Numbered from the stretch's first letter, positions 1 to 14,098 are shown. The stretch: DNA of 64,000 bases from Octopus vulgaris (GCA_951406725.2 OX597819.1:111724001-111788000), one strand, 5' to 3'. A program made the numbers and translations. Notes: generated by a model from the sequence alone, not told the origin.

Positions 1-2049
1 CAATTCTGAAAAAGGACTGAGCAATCTTTCGTTTTATGTACATATAATAGTAGAGGTCAAAGTGAAAGTAAAACAACCGCCAGAATGTTAAGCTGCAGTC
101 TTAATTTCATATAAACATTCCTCGTATTTAATCTTTTTCGAAAATGATGCCAAGTAAATTCTTGTACGTAAGTTGAAAATAAAGTGTTTGAAATGCCATA
201 TTAGGCATCCTATTTACTTTTCAAACGTCATGTCTCTTTTGTTGTGTTCTTATGTAACGTTGCTTCGTTTGGATCTATGAAACGAAGATTGTGGTTCACT
301 ACGTAATGGTTTGGTATTTACTTTCCTGCCACTTTGTTCACAGCCATTATACGTATATAAAACGAAAAAATCGCTGAAACTTAGATCTCATCAATATCTT
401 AAACGAATATTAAAATGGATGGCTTTAGTATGCCAAAATAGAAAAATACAGACCTCAAGGATATCAAAATAGAAGAAAAGATATCAAAGAAGTTATCAAT
501 CATATCAAAATAGAACCCTTCAGGATATGAAAATAGAAATTGTTGATCTCAACGAAATCAAAACACCGAAGAAATATTAAAATAAATATCGGAAAAAAGG
601 TTATCGAAATACACAACTCAAGGATATCAAGTTGAAAAGAAATAAATAAATCAAGGATATCGAAATAGCAAAAGAAATCAAGTCAGATATTTCAATGATA
701 TCAAAATAGCAGAAATGGATTTGAAAGGATATCATATTTTTTAAAAATTACAACACGTGCAATTGGAGCTAACGGCAAATTCAAACTACTTTGTCACATA
801 CATTTTTGGAAGTTGGAAAATGTGAATAACTCATTATACATTAAGAGAATACATTGTACGCAATAACAATGTTACTACAAGCAACTCTGTAGCCTGTGTT
901 ATGTCACTGATGTCTATGCTAAATTAGGAATTGAATAGCAATTCTACGCTTCTACGACACCACCTCCATCACAATTACCGTCACATGAAGATATATTTCG
1001 CACAGGGGCATCAGATGAGGAGGCATTACAAAGACAGTTTACAATATTTGTGGTAGGTAGGGCTGCACAAAAAGATGAAGTGAAGAAAAGGAAAGTAGAG
1101 GAATATGAGATTTTAAAAAGTACACAGTGTATAAAAACATTTGAACACAAGAATGATGCAATCTTCCTGATAGAGGCACCAGCTGGGGCCAACCAAGGGA
1201 ACCAACAAATCCAGAATCACCTATCATTTGCCTGCTGTACCTTTTCCTAGTCTCAGTTTGGCCAAACTGGAGTCTGCTTTTCCGCTTCCTGTGGGAGACG
1301 CGTTCCAATGGTCAAGCAATCCGTCTGCTCCCAGCACAATCTGAAAAGCAGACTCGGCATGCCGTGGCTCTTGATATAACGTACTGAAGTTGGATCACCT
1401 GAAGATTTTCCTGAACGTTGACGAAGAGTGATCTCCATGTGTAAGACACGCCGTCCCGCAGCTCATCATTTTGATGAAGTTGCAATTCTGGAGCAAGAGA
1501 AGATTACTGTTCAGCATTCGACACCTGGAATGTCATCAGACATTCACTTACCTGTTTGTTCCAATTTACAGATGCATGTCCGGACTAGTTCCATTCTCTC
1601 TAACCGTTTTTACCACTGTTCTCCGCCTTTTGACCAACTGGGAGCAAACACTTTTCCCTTCACCTTCACTTTCCTTTCTCAGGAGAACATGAAAAAGTCG
1701 ATATTCATATTGACGAATTAGCATTGTTCCAAAGCGAATAGGGCACCGATATTAAAACTCTCTTTAATTTTTGTTAGGTTTAGTTTTCAAAATAGGTTTA
1801 TTAATGTATTTCTAGTTTATCAATACTTAGGGCGTGTTAGATGACATTTTATACCAAATTTGTTTATTACTTGAACCGAAAAATATATTTGGTGAATTCA
1901 AACAGATGATTTTAACTTCATAGATAATTAATTGCAGCTTATTAATATCATAAATTTTATTAGATACAAGTGTAATTACTGGATTTACATTAAACAAGAT
2001 TTAAGAAGATTTGTTTACATGATTTTTTGTTATAAGCAAGGTCTGGGTT

Positions 2050-3186
2050 ATCGCGATATATTACTCAACAACAGCCAGTCATCGTATCTTTATTTACAAA
2101 TCAGCTGTATCTTGTTTCCGTTGCAAGAATATCTTGATGGAATCGTTCTCCTTATTCATCATTTACTGCACCAATATTTTCTGGAAAACAAAATACCTAC
2201 ATAAAAATGCAGGAAGGGTATTTTGAACATCCGACAGGTCTTTTCTCTATATGAATCAAACGAAGTTCCGAATTCCGTCTCTATTTCAAGGGGATTTATT
2301 ATTCCCTGGAAAGATTTCGTTTAAAAGTCTGACAACTTATGATTCTAGTGTATTGTGAGTTTATTCAAATTCAGTGTAATTTAAAACCTTTCTGACATAA
2401 AGATCCACAAAATTTCCTACTTTAAACTTTTTTACACTTATATTAAGACATTGTTTTTAATCCGAACGGAATAATTTTATTCTACTTCAACTATTGTTTT
2501 AATACAGGTTTTTCATTAAAACAAGTTTAACACGGAAAGCTAGAAATATCTTTAAATCAACTAAAGGGGAAATCTGTACACGTTTCATTCCCGGAGCGTA
2601 TATTGACCTTGCTAGCTAACCACTTTTAACGTAGAAATCCGTGATGGCACGGCTGTCCCTTCCGCTATTTTGTAAATTCTGATTGTATGCTTATTGGCAT
2701 ACTAATAGCCTTGAGACATTTTCAGTCATTCCATAGACGAACATGGTTTTGAATGGTATCCATCAGTATTTCCATGTTATCATATATCTCTTTTAATTGG
2801 ACAAAGTTGGTGGTAAGGATGCATCGCTTTATATTGCTGTTATGTAATAGAACAGCTTTTAAGGTGTTGTGTAACGAATCAGTAAAGAGATGATATACAA
2901 GCCAGAGACAAATTTGGGAAGAGTTCATTTATGTCATTGTAATAACAAAGTGGAAACAATTTAGTGTAAAACATTGACAAATGAAAATTTCGTTTTCGAT
3001 ATCGATTCCCTTACATATTTTGGCCAATAAATTACCTTCTTTCGATCTTAAAGAGGGAAGCTCTACCTTTTCTTTGGAAAAGGATAGGTCTCTGGCAAGA
3101 TTATTACAACTCCCTCGAAAAAATAACCTTGGCTCCAAATTTTCTTCAGGATTTGTAAGAAAAAGAATCCATCTCCTCAGCATCAT
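2050..3186 (-). mobile_element. Decayed DNA-transposon transposase, Chapaev3/CMC-like (pseudogene)
   Basis: Minus-strand fragments in colinear order: NNLARDLSFSKEKVEL..SKEGNLL, LFTDSLHNTLKAVLLHN, LKEIYDNMEILM, DSRA, RVKLVLMKN (cf. LHIKLGLMK), KFKVGNFVD, FPENIGAVNDE*GERFHQDI. Many stops and frameshifts. Family assigned from remembered motifs. Confidence 0.75.
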
Positions 3187-3448
3187 CTCTTCTTAAATAA
3201 TATTCTATGGAATATTGTTATATTTCGGAATGGTCATTTTGCCAGTTTAGCCAATAAAAACACACGCACTATATAACCTATGGAATCTTGATTTGATGTA
3301 AGGGAAAGAAAACGGCGGTTGTTTTATGACGGACTAATCTACGTCTTGGAAACAAATTTGAATAGGCAAAGCTCTTGTTTGTTCTTCACAGAAAACCTAA
3401 ATATGTTAAAACCACGAAAATATCCGTCATTATGATAAAGTCTTCGAA

Positions 3449-3655
3449 GGCGGTGTGCTGGCAGAAACGTCACCAGTCCGGATGAAATGCTTAATAGCAT
3501 TTCTTCCGGCTTTATATTATGACTTGAAATACTATCGCAGTCGACTTCGCCTTTCATCTTTTCAAGGCCGATAAAATAAGTACCTGTCGAGCACTGGAGT
3601 TAATGTAATCGACTTTCCTCTCTCCCTGAAAGTTGCTGGCCCTTGTGTCAAAAAA
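3449..3655 (+). mobile_element. tRNA-derived SINE family A, diverged copy
   Basis: GGCGGTGTGCTGGCAGAAACG head and GTCGACTTCGCCTTTCATC...GATAAAATAAGTACC body, matching copies at 41235 and 55141. Confidence 0.7.
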
Positions 3656-4392
3656 TTATGATAAAAGAATTATGATGAAGTCTTTGTTCCTTCAATATCA
3701 TGGGCATGGCAGAAATATTGGTTGCCTCACTTCGTACAACTAATCATGAAGTCTACTTGAACAAGCAAAACCTATTTGATGCGGTGTTTGCTGCTTGACT
3801 TGGTCACTTATTTGTTAACTAAAGTTACCGGAAATATTTTCATAAGATCCGTTGTAATAGACCATCAACATGTCTAAACTGCAAATGCAACAACAAATGT
3901 AGGAGATAAAGACTTGATGTTAATGGCAATGAACTGAGCAAATATTCCGGAAAATACAAAACGTTTTAAATATACTTATAAGAAAATAATGAGACATCTC
4001 AGAAATTATATGCTACTTGAAACAAAAAAAAAAGAACGAAGACATTTTTCAAATCAGCATTGAAAATTCTTCCTGGTCCATCCAGTATCATCTCCGATGT
4101 AAATTCTACGATTGGGTTAAATGTAACGGAATAGAGCTAACTTATGTTCAAAGACATTCCAGCCTTGACCAACATGTGTTTTCTTTTATATGTAATACTA
4201 TACAGAACAATACAACCTTCCTTCTTTTAAAATGGTGGAGTGTGATTTGAAGCACATTTAGCTTCCATTTCTTGCAGGTCGATGAACGAACAAGTAGAGG
4301 CCCCACACTTTGGCTCGTGTCTGATTATGTACATACACGTGTGCATATATTTATTTACCATATTATTTCATATTATATATATACATATATAC

Positions 4393-4440
<48 letters not shown>

Positions 4441-4445
4441 ATATG

Positions 4446-4490
<45 letters not shown>

Positions 4491-4669
4491 AGTGCCCCAC
4501 CACCACCACCAGCTACGTATCCACGGCTACTCAACATAATTCAGTCTCCAACCAAGATGGAGTAATTATTGACACACCAGTTTGTTTAACGCTCCTTTCT
4601 TGTCGCCAGCACTTTCTCGTTTTACACCAGATTTTGCAGCCACCTACTGTTTAATGGTTATTAAAGCAC

Positions 4670-4748
<79 letters not shown>

Positions 4749-4840
4749 AGGGAGTTTTCTGGTTGAAGATTTCTTTTTAATAGCCTCTTTTTTCTTTAAT
4801 GCAATATTCGTTTAATCTGTGACACGCTGCAGCTGGTGGT

Positions 4841-4900
<60 letters not shown>
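4670..4900. repeat. (TAG)n microsatellites
   Basis: Two pure TAG tracts at about 4670-4748 and 4840-4900. Confidence 0.95.
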
Positions 4901-4902
<2 letters not shown>

Positions 4903-5039
4903 TGCTGCTGTAGCTGTTATAGTTTTTGTTTTTGTTGTTGTCGTTATTGATGTTGTTGTTGCTGCTGTAGTTATCGTCGTCGTCGTTGTTGTTGTTGTTG
5001 TTCTTACTGTAGCTGTTGTTTTTATTATTGTTCCTGTTT

Positions 5040-5232
5040 AGCCCTAGGTCAACTGTAATTGTGCAGAACTGTAATCAAAAACATTCCACCCGGGATCATC
5101 CCATCTTTCGGTGAGTATGTTGGATTACATTATTCAATGTCTTTTTCTTTATTTTAAAACTGTGTTCTGTGATTTGAGACAAGACTTGACTGTTGTTTCT
5201 GACCGGTTAAGTAACCACGTAAAGAATCTCTT
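5040..5232. repeat. Dispersed repeat family, with related copies at ~4160-4290 and (inverted) ~7455-7660
   Basis: Shared diverged blocks, including an ATTTGGCTGCTATTTCTAGC-like motif that recurs at ~49815, ~61353 and ~61620. Confidence 0.45.
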
Positions 5233-5407
5233 CCAAGATCGTGTGCTGTTGTGTAAAATAAAAAAAAAACTATCAAAAGGGATCGTGTATCACAGAACAG
5301 AGCAAATGTGTAAAAAAACAGATTAGGTTTATCCGTGGAAAGAAAAGCTTACAAAAAAGACCACAGTAACCTCAGTCAGGGAGAGAAAAACACATGAGAG
5401 CAAAGTG

Positions 5408-5482
<75 letters not shown>

Positions 5483-5486
<4 letters not shown>

Positions 5487-6170
5487 TTACAGGATCATGC
5501 TCAAAATGGTTTCGTCATTCGCGCGTACCATCTTTACTACATTCACCCGTCTTTTATTGAATCTTTCATACGGCAACACTTGCCTCTCTATTCTCATCTT
5601 CCTTTTCAAGTGGTACTTGAAAAAGATAATAAGCGATTGGCCAGAGAGGAAAGTACATTGTTTCACCATGGCCACCAATACGATGAAAACTGCCTTGCCT
5701 TCCCGGTTAAAGGAAAGTGGCGGAGCAACTTTCACGATAGACTCGGCCAACAACCGAATTTGTCCCACACGTGACAGCAGCCGTTTGGCATAAGCCTACA
5801 GGTCCGAAATGGTTGGACACTGCACGAATGCACTCTGACCGCATCTCGGTCAAGTCGGTCCGGTGTATCTCGAACCGTGCCAGTAGTACTTATCCCGAAC
5901 GGGCAATGCTTCCCGATAGCACTGCCAAGCCAGAGATCTCTGGTGATTGTCCATAGGTCCCGTCCCGAAAATTGTTCTGAACAGGCGGGTCAGCTGTTCC
6001 TCGTCGAACCTCAGATTCTCTCCGAGAACATCGTCGCACCTTCCCTCCACTAATCCTCTATAGAACGCCTTTGTGGAATTCAAGTTGCACAAATTTGGTC
6101 TCGGACGGCAGAGTTGCTTGAGAGCAAAGCGGTGTCATTCGCCTAGCCTCGGTCTCTGTTTGGTCCACAA
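5483..6170 (-). mobile_element. Tx1/L1-like LINE ORF2 C-terminal fragment
   Basis: ORF pieces TKAFYRGL...RSLAWQCYREALPVRDK...PRCGQ..FVQCP resemble the zinc-knuckle region, followed by the terminal ORF2 segment (5487-5768). Ends at a (GA)n tract. Confidence 0.75.
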
Positions 6171-6321
6171 ATAGATAGATAGATAGATAGATAGATTCAT
6201 GTGAGTATGTATGTGTCTATGTATGCATGCATTATGTATATATCTGTGCGTGCGTATGTATGTAAATGTAGGTATGTATGATTGGGTAAATGGGTATGTG
6301 TGCGTGACTAAGTATATATGT

Positions 6322-6385
<64 letters not shown>

Positions 6386-6469
6386 TTAGAGACAAAACCA
6401 CTATTTTGCAAAACAAACAAGGAAAGACTTAATCAATACATAAAATTTTAATAAAAAGTAAAAAAACCG

Positions 6470-6512
6470 CCACTACAATTGTTTCATGTCTTGATCGACA
6501 ATCTTCAGGTGG
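6470..6512 (-). ncRNA. Mirror copy of the same hammerhead on the opposite arm
   Basis: Exact reverse complement of 6555-6597. Confidence 0.7.
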
Positions 6513-6554
6513 ATTTCCAATTTTCAATTTGAAACTGACTTGAAAATTGGAAAT

Positions 6555-6597
6555 CCACCTGAAGATTGTCGATCAAGACATGAAACAATTGTAGTGG
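6555..6597 (+). ncRNA. Minimal type I hammerhead ribozyme (Penelope-like-element type)
   Basis: CCAC-CTGAAGA-t-TGTC-gatcaa-GACA-t-GAAA-CAATTG-TA-GTGG: stem I CCAC/GTGG, stem II TGTC/GACA, palindromic stem III ACAATTGT, GUA cleavage triplet. Confidence 0.7.
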
Positions 6598-6776
6598 CGG
6601 TTTTTTTACTTTTTATTAAAATTTTATGTATTGATTAAGTCTTTCCTTGTTTGTTTTGCAAAATAGTGGTTTTGTCTCTAATTAATATTATATAATATTT
6701 TACTATAAAATTGGATTTAATCCTAAATCTGATTTTTTTCCCTGTAAATTTGGATTTATTCCCTAATATTTATTAT

Positions 6777-6874
<98 letters not shown>

Positions 6875-6902
6875 TAAATAGAAAGATAGATATGTGTGTG
6901 TG

Positions 6903-6944
<42 letters not shown>

Positions 6945-7919
6945 TATGTGTGTGTATGTGTGTGAATCTGAGTGTATGTTATTTATGTGTGTGTAAATGT
7001 GTTTTGAGTGTACATGTATGTATACGTGTGTGTGTCGCAGCGTCTGTGTGCCTCTGTGTGTGAGCAGTGATTCGGTTACTTCCCCTCTTCAAATCACCGT
7101 TGATGTCCATCTGCTACCAAGGAATACCAGCACTTAAAATGCACGGGCATGCGCACTGAGAATACAACATCTGTTGAAATTTGTTTAGTCTTGACAGCTT
7201 TAACAGATGTGGTCATCTGTAAAGACTGAAAGACATTGTACACTGCTTGCCAACTATCAATGGGATGATCATGGCTAGAGCGCTTTCTGTTATATAGACT
7301 GCTTGATTAGAAGTCTATATAAAAACAAAATCAACATTAAGAAAAATATTAAGAATAACATTAACAACAGCAGCAATAAAAACAATAACAAAGCAAGAAT
7401 AATGAAAACAAAAGCATCGATGATAACAACAGCCACACCAGCAACAATACATGATGAGGGTTTCTGAGTGAGCTCGGTGGACCTACTAGAAAGAGTAGTC
7501 AGATGTTCCTCGGATAGCATTGTACGGTGTTTACAAAGGAGAAATACCTTCGATAATGTAGCCCTACATATACAATGCTTGAATATATCTTTACAGAACG
7601 TAGTCAATGAGATGATGGGTTGGGAATATTTCATTGCTGTGATGGTCACACTATTGATAAATTTAGGTAAAAACTCATCGATACCTTTAGTTCAATTACC
7701 CCCAAAATCACTTTTACTACTAATCTATCAAAAGTTGATTTTTAGGTGCTTGATCTTAACCAGGCCTGGCCAACTCGAATTACATTGCGGGTCACTTTAA
7801 TCACATAATTTTTTTTGTATATGTGTGAGTGCATTGGAAAAGAATTAGTGGTTCACTCCGTTGTTGCTCTGAGTTTCACTTACGCAAAATGTTCGAGTGA
7901 TCGCTGAGGCAATATATAA

Positions 7920-8132
7920 TCCTTTTTACTATAAGCCAAAGGCCTGAAATTTGGTGCGAGGGGACTAGCCGATTACATCGACCCCAGTGCTCCAACTTGT
8001 ACTTATTTTATCGACCTCGAGAGGATGAAGTGTAAAGTTGACATCGGCGGAATTTGAGCTCAGAATCTAAAAGACGGACGAAATGCCGCTAAGCAGTTTG
8101 TCAAGTGTGATAAGGATTCCAGCACACCGCTT
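7920..8132 (-). mobile_element. SINE family A copy
   Basis: Reverse complement of the family A body (ACATCGACCCCAGTG...TTTATCGACC...GGATGAA...GCGGAATTTGAGCTCAGAA). Confidence 0.75.
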
Positions 8133-8568
8133 TGAGGTAATATATAATGAAATCAGATCGGTCGACAATGGCTATGGTGATGGAGTCGGTGTCCACAGTG
8201 GTGGTGGCAGCGGCAGCGGTGATAGTCTTTGTAGTGAGGTGATGGCAATAGTAGTGATAGTGGTTTGGGTATTGGTGGTGAATGGTGGTGGCGGTGATGG
8301 TGGTGGTGGTGGTGGTGATTGCCAAAACTGTTATCGTGGTGGCGATGCTGTTGTTAGTGGACAATGTAGTAATAGTTGGTCAAAGATGGTGTGTATACGT
8401 GTCTTTGCATGTATGATTGCATATGTGTCTATCTATGTTTGTGTATGTTTGTATTTGTGTGCGTGTTTGAGTGTGCTTATGTGTGTGTGTGTAAGATTGT
8501 GTGTATGTGTGTATGTTTGTGTGCATGTGTGTATATGTTTATGTGTGTGCGTCTGTCTGCGAACATTC

Positions 8569-8638
<70 letters not shown>

Positions 8639-8783
8639 ATAGGTATGTGTGTTTGTGTGTGTGTGTGTGTGTGTGTATGTGTGTGTGTGGACTGTAATGT
8701 GGATTGTACAAACGTCTTTTTACGAAATGTCTTCATTTCTCTACTGGGCACTCACTTTGTTGACCATTGAGTGGTCAGATATT

Positions 8784-8852
<69 letters not shown>

Positions 8853-9282
8853 TTTGTTGTTGTTGTTGTTGTTGTGGGTAGAGATGGAGGGGTTTCAGCA
8901 TTCTTAGCTGATCAATTCAAATGTATCCTTTTGATCAGCTTGTCACAAAGCCGGACAGAATAATAAAACTGATGATGATGATGATGTTGATCATCATCAT
9001 CATCATGAGGATGAATGTTGGGGTGTAAGTGGTGGTGAAGATGATAATGAAAATGGGGAGGCGGTGATGATGGCGGTGGTGGCGGACACAGCAGAGGAGG
9101 TGGAGGCGGCGGCGGTGGTGGTGGTGGGGCATGGTGGAAGGAGTGATGGGGATGAAAATGAATATGAGGATGAGAAGGGCAACTACGAAGACGAATATGA
9201 TAATTTTGCTGATGATGATGATGATGGATGTGGTGGTGGTGGTGGTGGGGGATGATGATAGTGATTACGAAGACGACGATGA

Positions 9283-9436
9283 GAAGAAGAAGGAGAAGAA
9301 GAAGAAGAAGAAGAAGAAGAAGAAGAAGAAGAAGAAGAAGAAGAAGAAGAAGAAGAAGAAGAAGAAGAAGAAGAAGAAGAAGAAGAAGAAGAAGAAGAAG
9401 AAGAAGAAGAAGAAGAAGAAGAAGAAGAAGAAGAAG

Positions 9437-9466
<30 letters not shown>
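9283..9466. repeat. (GAA)n microsatellite
   Basis: About 60 near-perfect GAA units, which produce the poly-K/R/L/F pseudo-ORFs. Confidence 0.95.
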
Positions 9467-9467
<1 letters not shown>

Positions 9468-9667
9468 TCATCAACAACAACAACAGAAGAACAAACAAGA
9501 ATCATGAAAGAATGGCTAAAGAAGAGTAAAAGATATAAAAAAGAAACAAAAGGAAATGAATGAAAAAGTCGAGAGAGAGAGAGAGAGATGAAAGATAGGA
9601 GACTAGAGTGGAGGGTGATGAGAGAAGGAGAGAAGGAGAAATAGAGAGAGAGAGAGATAGAGTGTGT

Positions 9668-9738
<71 letters not shown>

Positions 9739-10177
9739 TGTGTGTGTGTGTGTAGTGGTGGAGATTGTTGGATCTATTCCCAGTCGAAGATGGCCAAATA
9801 TTCATATCTATTCAGATTCTAAGACTAATAAACTGTCTTGTGGCCAATAAAGGAAGAATTTGGTCATTCTGTAGAATAGCTGGTTGGCCGGTCGGCTGGT
9901 TGGGTTGGGTTGGTGGTTGGTTTTGATTTCGTTTAATTGTTGTTGCTGATGATGTTGATGATGGTAGTGGTCGCGGTGGTGGTGGATGTGGAGGTGACGG
10001 CGGCGGCGGGGGTGGCGGCGGTGGCGGAGGTGTCATGGCTGGAGTTCGTTGTATTGAGGTTTGTCTTTGTATATGGTGTTCGATGTTGAACTGGTGGTGG
10101 TGGTACCAGTGATGCTGACACTGTTGTTGGTGTTGCTGTTGTGGTGGTGTTCATGATAGTAGTGATTGTAGTGGCGA

Positions 10178-10230
<53 letters not shown>

Positions 10231-10361
10231 ATGGTGGCAATGGCGGCAATGGCGAAAATAGTAATGGTGGTTGCGGTAATGATTATGGACATGTTGTTGG
10301 TAGTGGTAACGTTGCTTTTGTTGTCATTGTTGTTTTTGCTGTGCTGTTGATGGTGGTAGTG

Positions 10362-10395
<34 letters not shown>

Positions 10396-10696
10396 CGTTA
10401 GTGGTTAATCGTCGTGTTAACATCAATAATAATGTTGAGAAACCAGCAGCAAGGTCCCAGAAAACACTTGGATTTTGGGCGACCTCTCAGAATCGGAACT
10501 GTTTGTGGAAATTAGGAGCATCTGAGCACCTGAGCATCTGTAATTTCATCCGTTAGCAAAGTGTCGTCGTTCGGAAAGTCTACGTCAAGCACCATCGCCG
10601 AAACAACCTTTTTGAATTTTACTTTGTGTTAGAGAAAAACCCATACCTTCATGGTTTCCAACAGCTTACCGAGCGGCGTAGAACAGAAATATATCC

Positions 10697-10872
10697 GTTT
10701 CTGCTCTAGGAACAAGGTCCAAAATTTTTGGAGTGGGGCAGTCGATTAGCTCTACCTCAGTATGCAACTGGTACTAAATTTATCGACCCCGAATGGATGA
10801 AAGGCAAAGTCAACCTCGGCGGAATTTTCATTCAGAACGTAAAGATAGACGAAATACCGGTAAGCATTTCGC
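10697..10872 (-). mobile_element. SINE family A copy, 5'-truncated
   Basis: TTTATCGACCCCGAATGGATGAAAGGCAAAGTCAACCTCGGCGGAATTT matches family A. Confidence 0.75.
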
Positions 10873-10963
10873 ACAAAGCTAAACCCTTTATGGACGGGAA
10901 ACCTAAGATAATTCCACAAACCAGCGTTCCCCACTTTTAATAAATATATATATGTGAGTGGGG

Positions 10964-11020
<57 letters not shown>

Positions 11021-11134
11021 CCGAAATTTGCCATGATGAATCGGTTTCTGACTAAAGAATGAAGGCTCTGAATTACTGTCCGTTTTTCCGTATTTGTCAA
11101 TTCGTGAATTTCACGTCCTTTATATATAAGTTTT

Positions 11135-11170
<36 letters not shown>

Positions 11171-11173
<3 letters not shown>

Positions 11174-11530
11174 GACGATCTTCTTTCAGTTTTGGTCTCT
11201 CGAATCCACTCACAAGACTTTGGTCGACAAGCTATAGTAGAAGACACTTGTCCAAAGTGCCATACATTGGGACTGAATCCGAAACCATGCCGTTAGAAAG
11301 CAAGCTGATGCAAATGTATATAGATTCTTTTACCTTTTTCAGTCATATTACTGCTGCCATCCTAGAGCACCGCTTTTAGTCCAGCAAACTTTTCCCAGGT
11401 TTTATTCTTTGAAAGCCTAGTACATATTCTATCGGTTTCTCTTGCCAAACCGCTAAGTTACGAGGACTTATAAACGCATCAGCACTGGTTGTCGAACAAT
11501 GTTGGGGGAGAAACACAGACACACAAATAT
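11171..11530 (-). mobile_element. SINE family B fragments (head 11171-11306, tail ~11325-11530)
   Basis: Reverse-complement matches to the two halves of the full copies at 39946 and 56334. Confidence 0.7.
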
Positions 11531-11559
11531 TTGCACACATACATACATACATACATACA

Positions 11560-11635
<76 letters not shown>

Positions 11636-11796
11636 AGGAAAATGTTCCTTGCAGTTGACAATTCATTTCATTTTTCCACAGTTTAATTGTTTCTCATGCT
11701 TTACTCTAAGCTGGAAAAGTCGCGAAGACTGAGTCCGGTGCTAAAATGTTCTTCATGACAAAATTATTCTAGCATTTTTTTACCTTGTCTTATTTT

Positions 11797-11845
<49 letters not shown>

Positions 11846-12298
11846 CATATATATATATATATATATACATACACACACAATAATACACACCAAGTTTTTT
11901 ACCATACAGCCACGCCTGCGCCTCTCTCTCTATATATATATATCTTTTTTCTATATAATTATTTACTCATGGGTATGTGTACATATTTTCGTTTGTCTCT
12001 CATTCCCACTGTTTGAAAACCGCTGTTGGTTCGTTTATGTTTCCGAAACTTATCGGTTCGGCAAAAGAGACAGTGTCAGAGGCATATTTTAAAAATATAA
12101 CTACCGGCGTCGATTTCATTCCGCAAAGACCATACTGGAGCACGTTGAAGGCAATGTCCCAGAATGACCGCAGCCCAATGAATGAAACCAGTAAATAGAT
12201 AGAAGAGAGCATAGACAGTGAGGGGGGAGAGAGAGAGAGACTGAGACAGAAACAGAGACAGACAGACATAAATGGAGAACGAGGACTGACAGACAGAC

Positions 12299-12372
<74 letters not shown>

Positions 12373-12494
12373 ACAGACAAGTGCGTGTGAACACAAACTT
12401 GCACACAAACAGGCGTATACGAAGATATGTTTATAAACGCAAAGGCGAGTGCACGCGCCGGCGATGAATCCAAACGAGTAGAGCAAGTAAGAGA

Positions 12495-12536
<42 letters not shown>

Positions 12537-12690
12537 AAAGAAACAATGGGCGAGAGTACGGTTTCACTAGACAAATAATACTCAGCAGTCGATAAAGTAT
12601 TATACGGTGTTAAAAAGTCATAAATGAATGCAAATATCCATCCAAGAACCCTGTGTATGCAGGTATATATACATACATATATACATATAC

Positions 12691-12736
<46 letters not shown>

Positions 12737-12763
12737 CATGTATACATATAATCATGTATAATT

Positions 12764-12803
<40 letters not shown>

Positions 12804-12877
12804 TAGATAGATAGATAGATAGATATATATATGTATATAAATATATAAATATATATAAATATATATGCACATATATT

Positions 12878-12915
<38 letters not shown>

Positions 12916-13005
12916 TCACATTAAACACACACATATGTATATATATATGTATATATATATATAAATATATACACATATATATTTATATACATATATATAT
13001 ATCAC

Positions 13006-13079
<74 letters not shown>

Positions 13080-13316
13080 TACTCATATATGCATACACAC
13101 GTGTGCATGGATATAGACATTATAAATTTATGTATATTCATGTATATGTATATATGTATGTCTGTGTGTCTATACATATATATATGTGTGTGTATATACA
13201 TATATATATATGTGTGTGTGTATATACATATATATATATATGTGTGTGTGTATATATATAATTCCTCTCTCCCTCTTTCTCTCTCGATATATATATTTGT
13301 ATGTATATGCCTGTTG

Positions 13317-13353
<37 letters not shown>

Positions 13354-13860
13354 ATGTACGCATGCACGTTTGTACGTATACAGTGTGTAGGCAGTCCAAA
13401 GGAGACACCTGCTTATGCTGAACTAATGTTGACTCACGATGACATCCATGTAACATCTGAACACTTTGTTGGTAACCGCCTCTCACTCCTAACCAACACC
13501 ACCAAATCCACCACCACCACCACCACTACCACCCCACCATCTTTACTACTACTACACACACGCACACTTGTTACCAGTTGTCCGGTTACGTTAGTTTTTA
13601 TTATACACACGCACACACACATATCATTATTATTATTATTATCATTATTATTATTATTATTATTATTATTCTTTCAAATTTGCTTCCATTTCTTGCCGAG
13701 TGTCTTCCCGACTCCTAGGGCAAAGAAACTCATAGTATACATTGGTAGGCCATTAATTTAAACTCAATAGTTCGTTTATTTATTTTTTTTTTTTTTAAGT
13801 TAAATTAAAATACATGGGTAGTAATAGTTCTAATTAAAATACATGGGTAGTAATAGTTCT

Positions 13861-14098
<238 letters not shown>

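Larger units (their letters stand above)
6373..6694. repeat. Perfect inverted repeat (155-bp arms, 12-nt spacer), probable Penelope-like pLTR relic in (TA)n
   Basis: 6373-6527 is the reverse complement of 6540-6694. Flanked by (TA)n, and each arm carries a hammerhead core. Confidence 0.85.

Noticed and set aside
944-1721. GC-richer island with several short ORFs
   Set aside because: Probably a decayed transposon, but no motif could be assigned convincingly in any frame.
8083-13761. Long ORFs rich in YI, CV, HT, poly-L/K/R/V (here and throughout the window)
   Set aside because: They are translations of (TA)n, (CA)n, (GAA)n, (TAG)n and similar microsatellites with no domain-like sequence.
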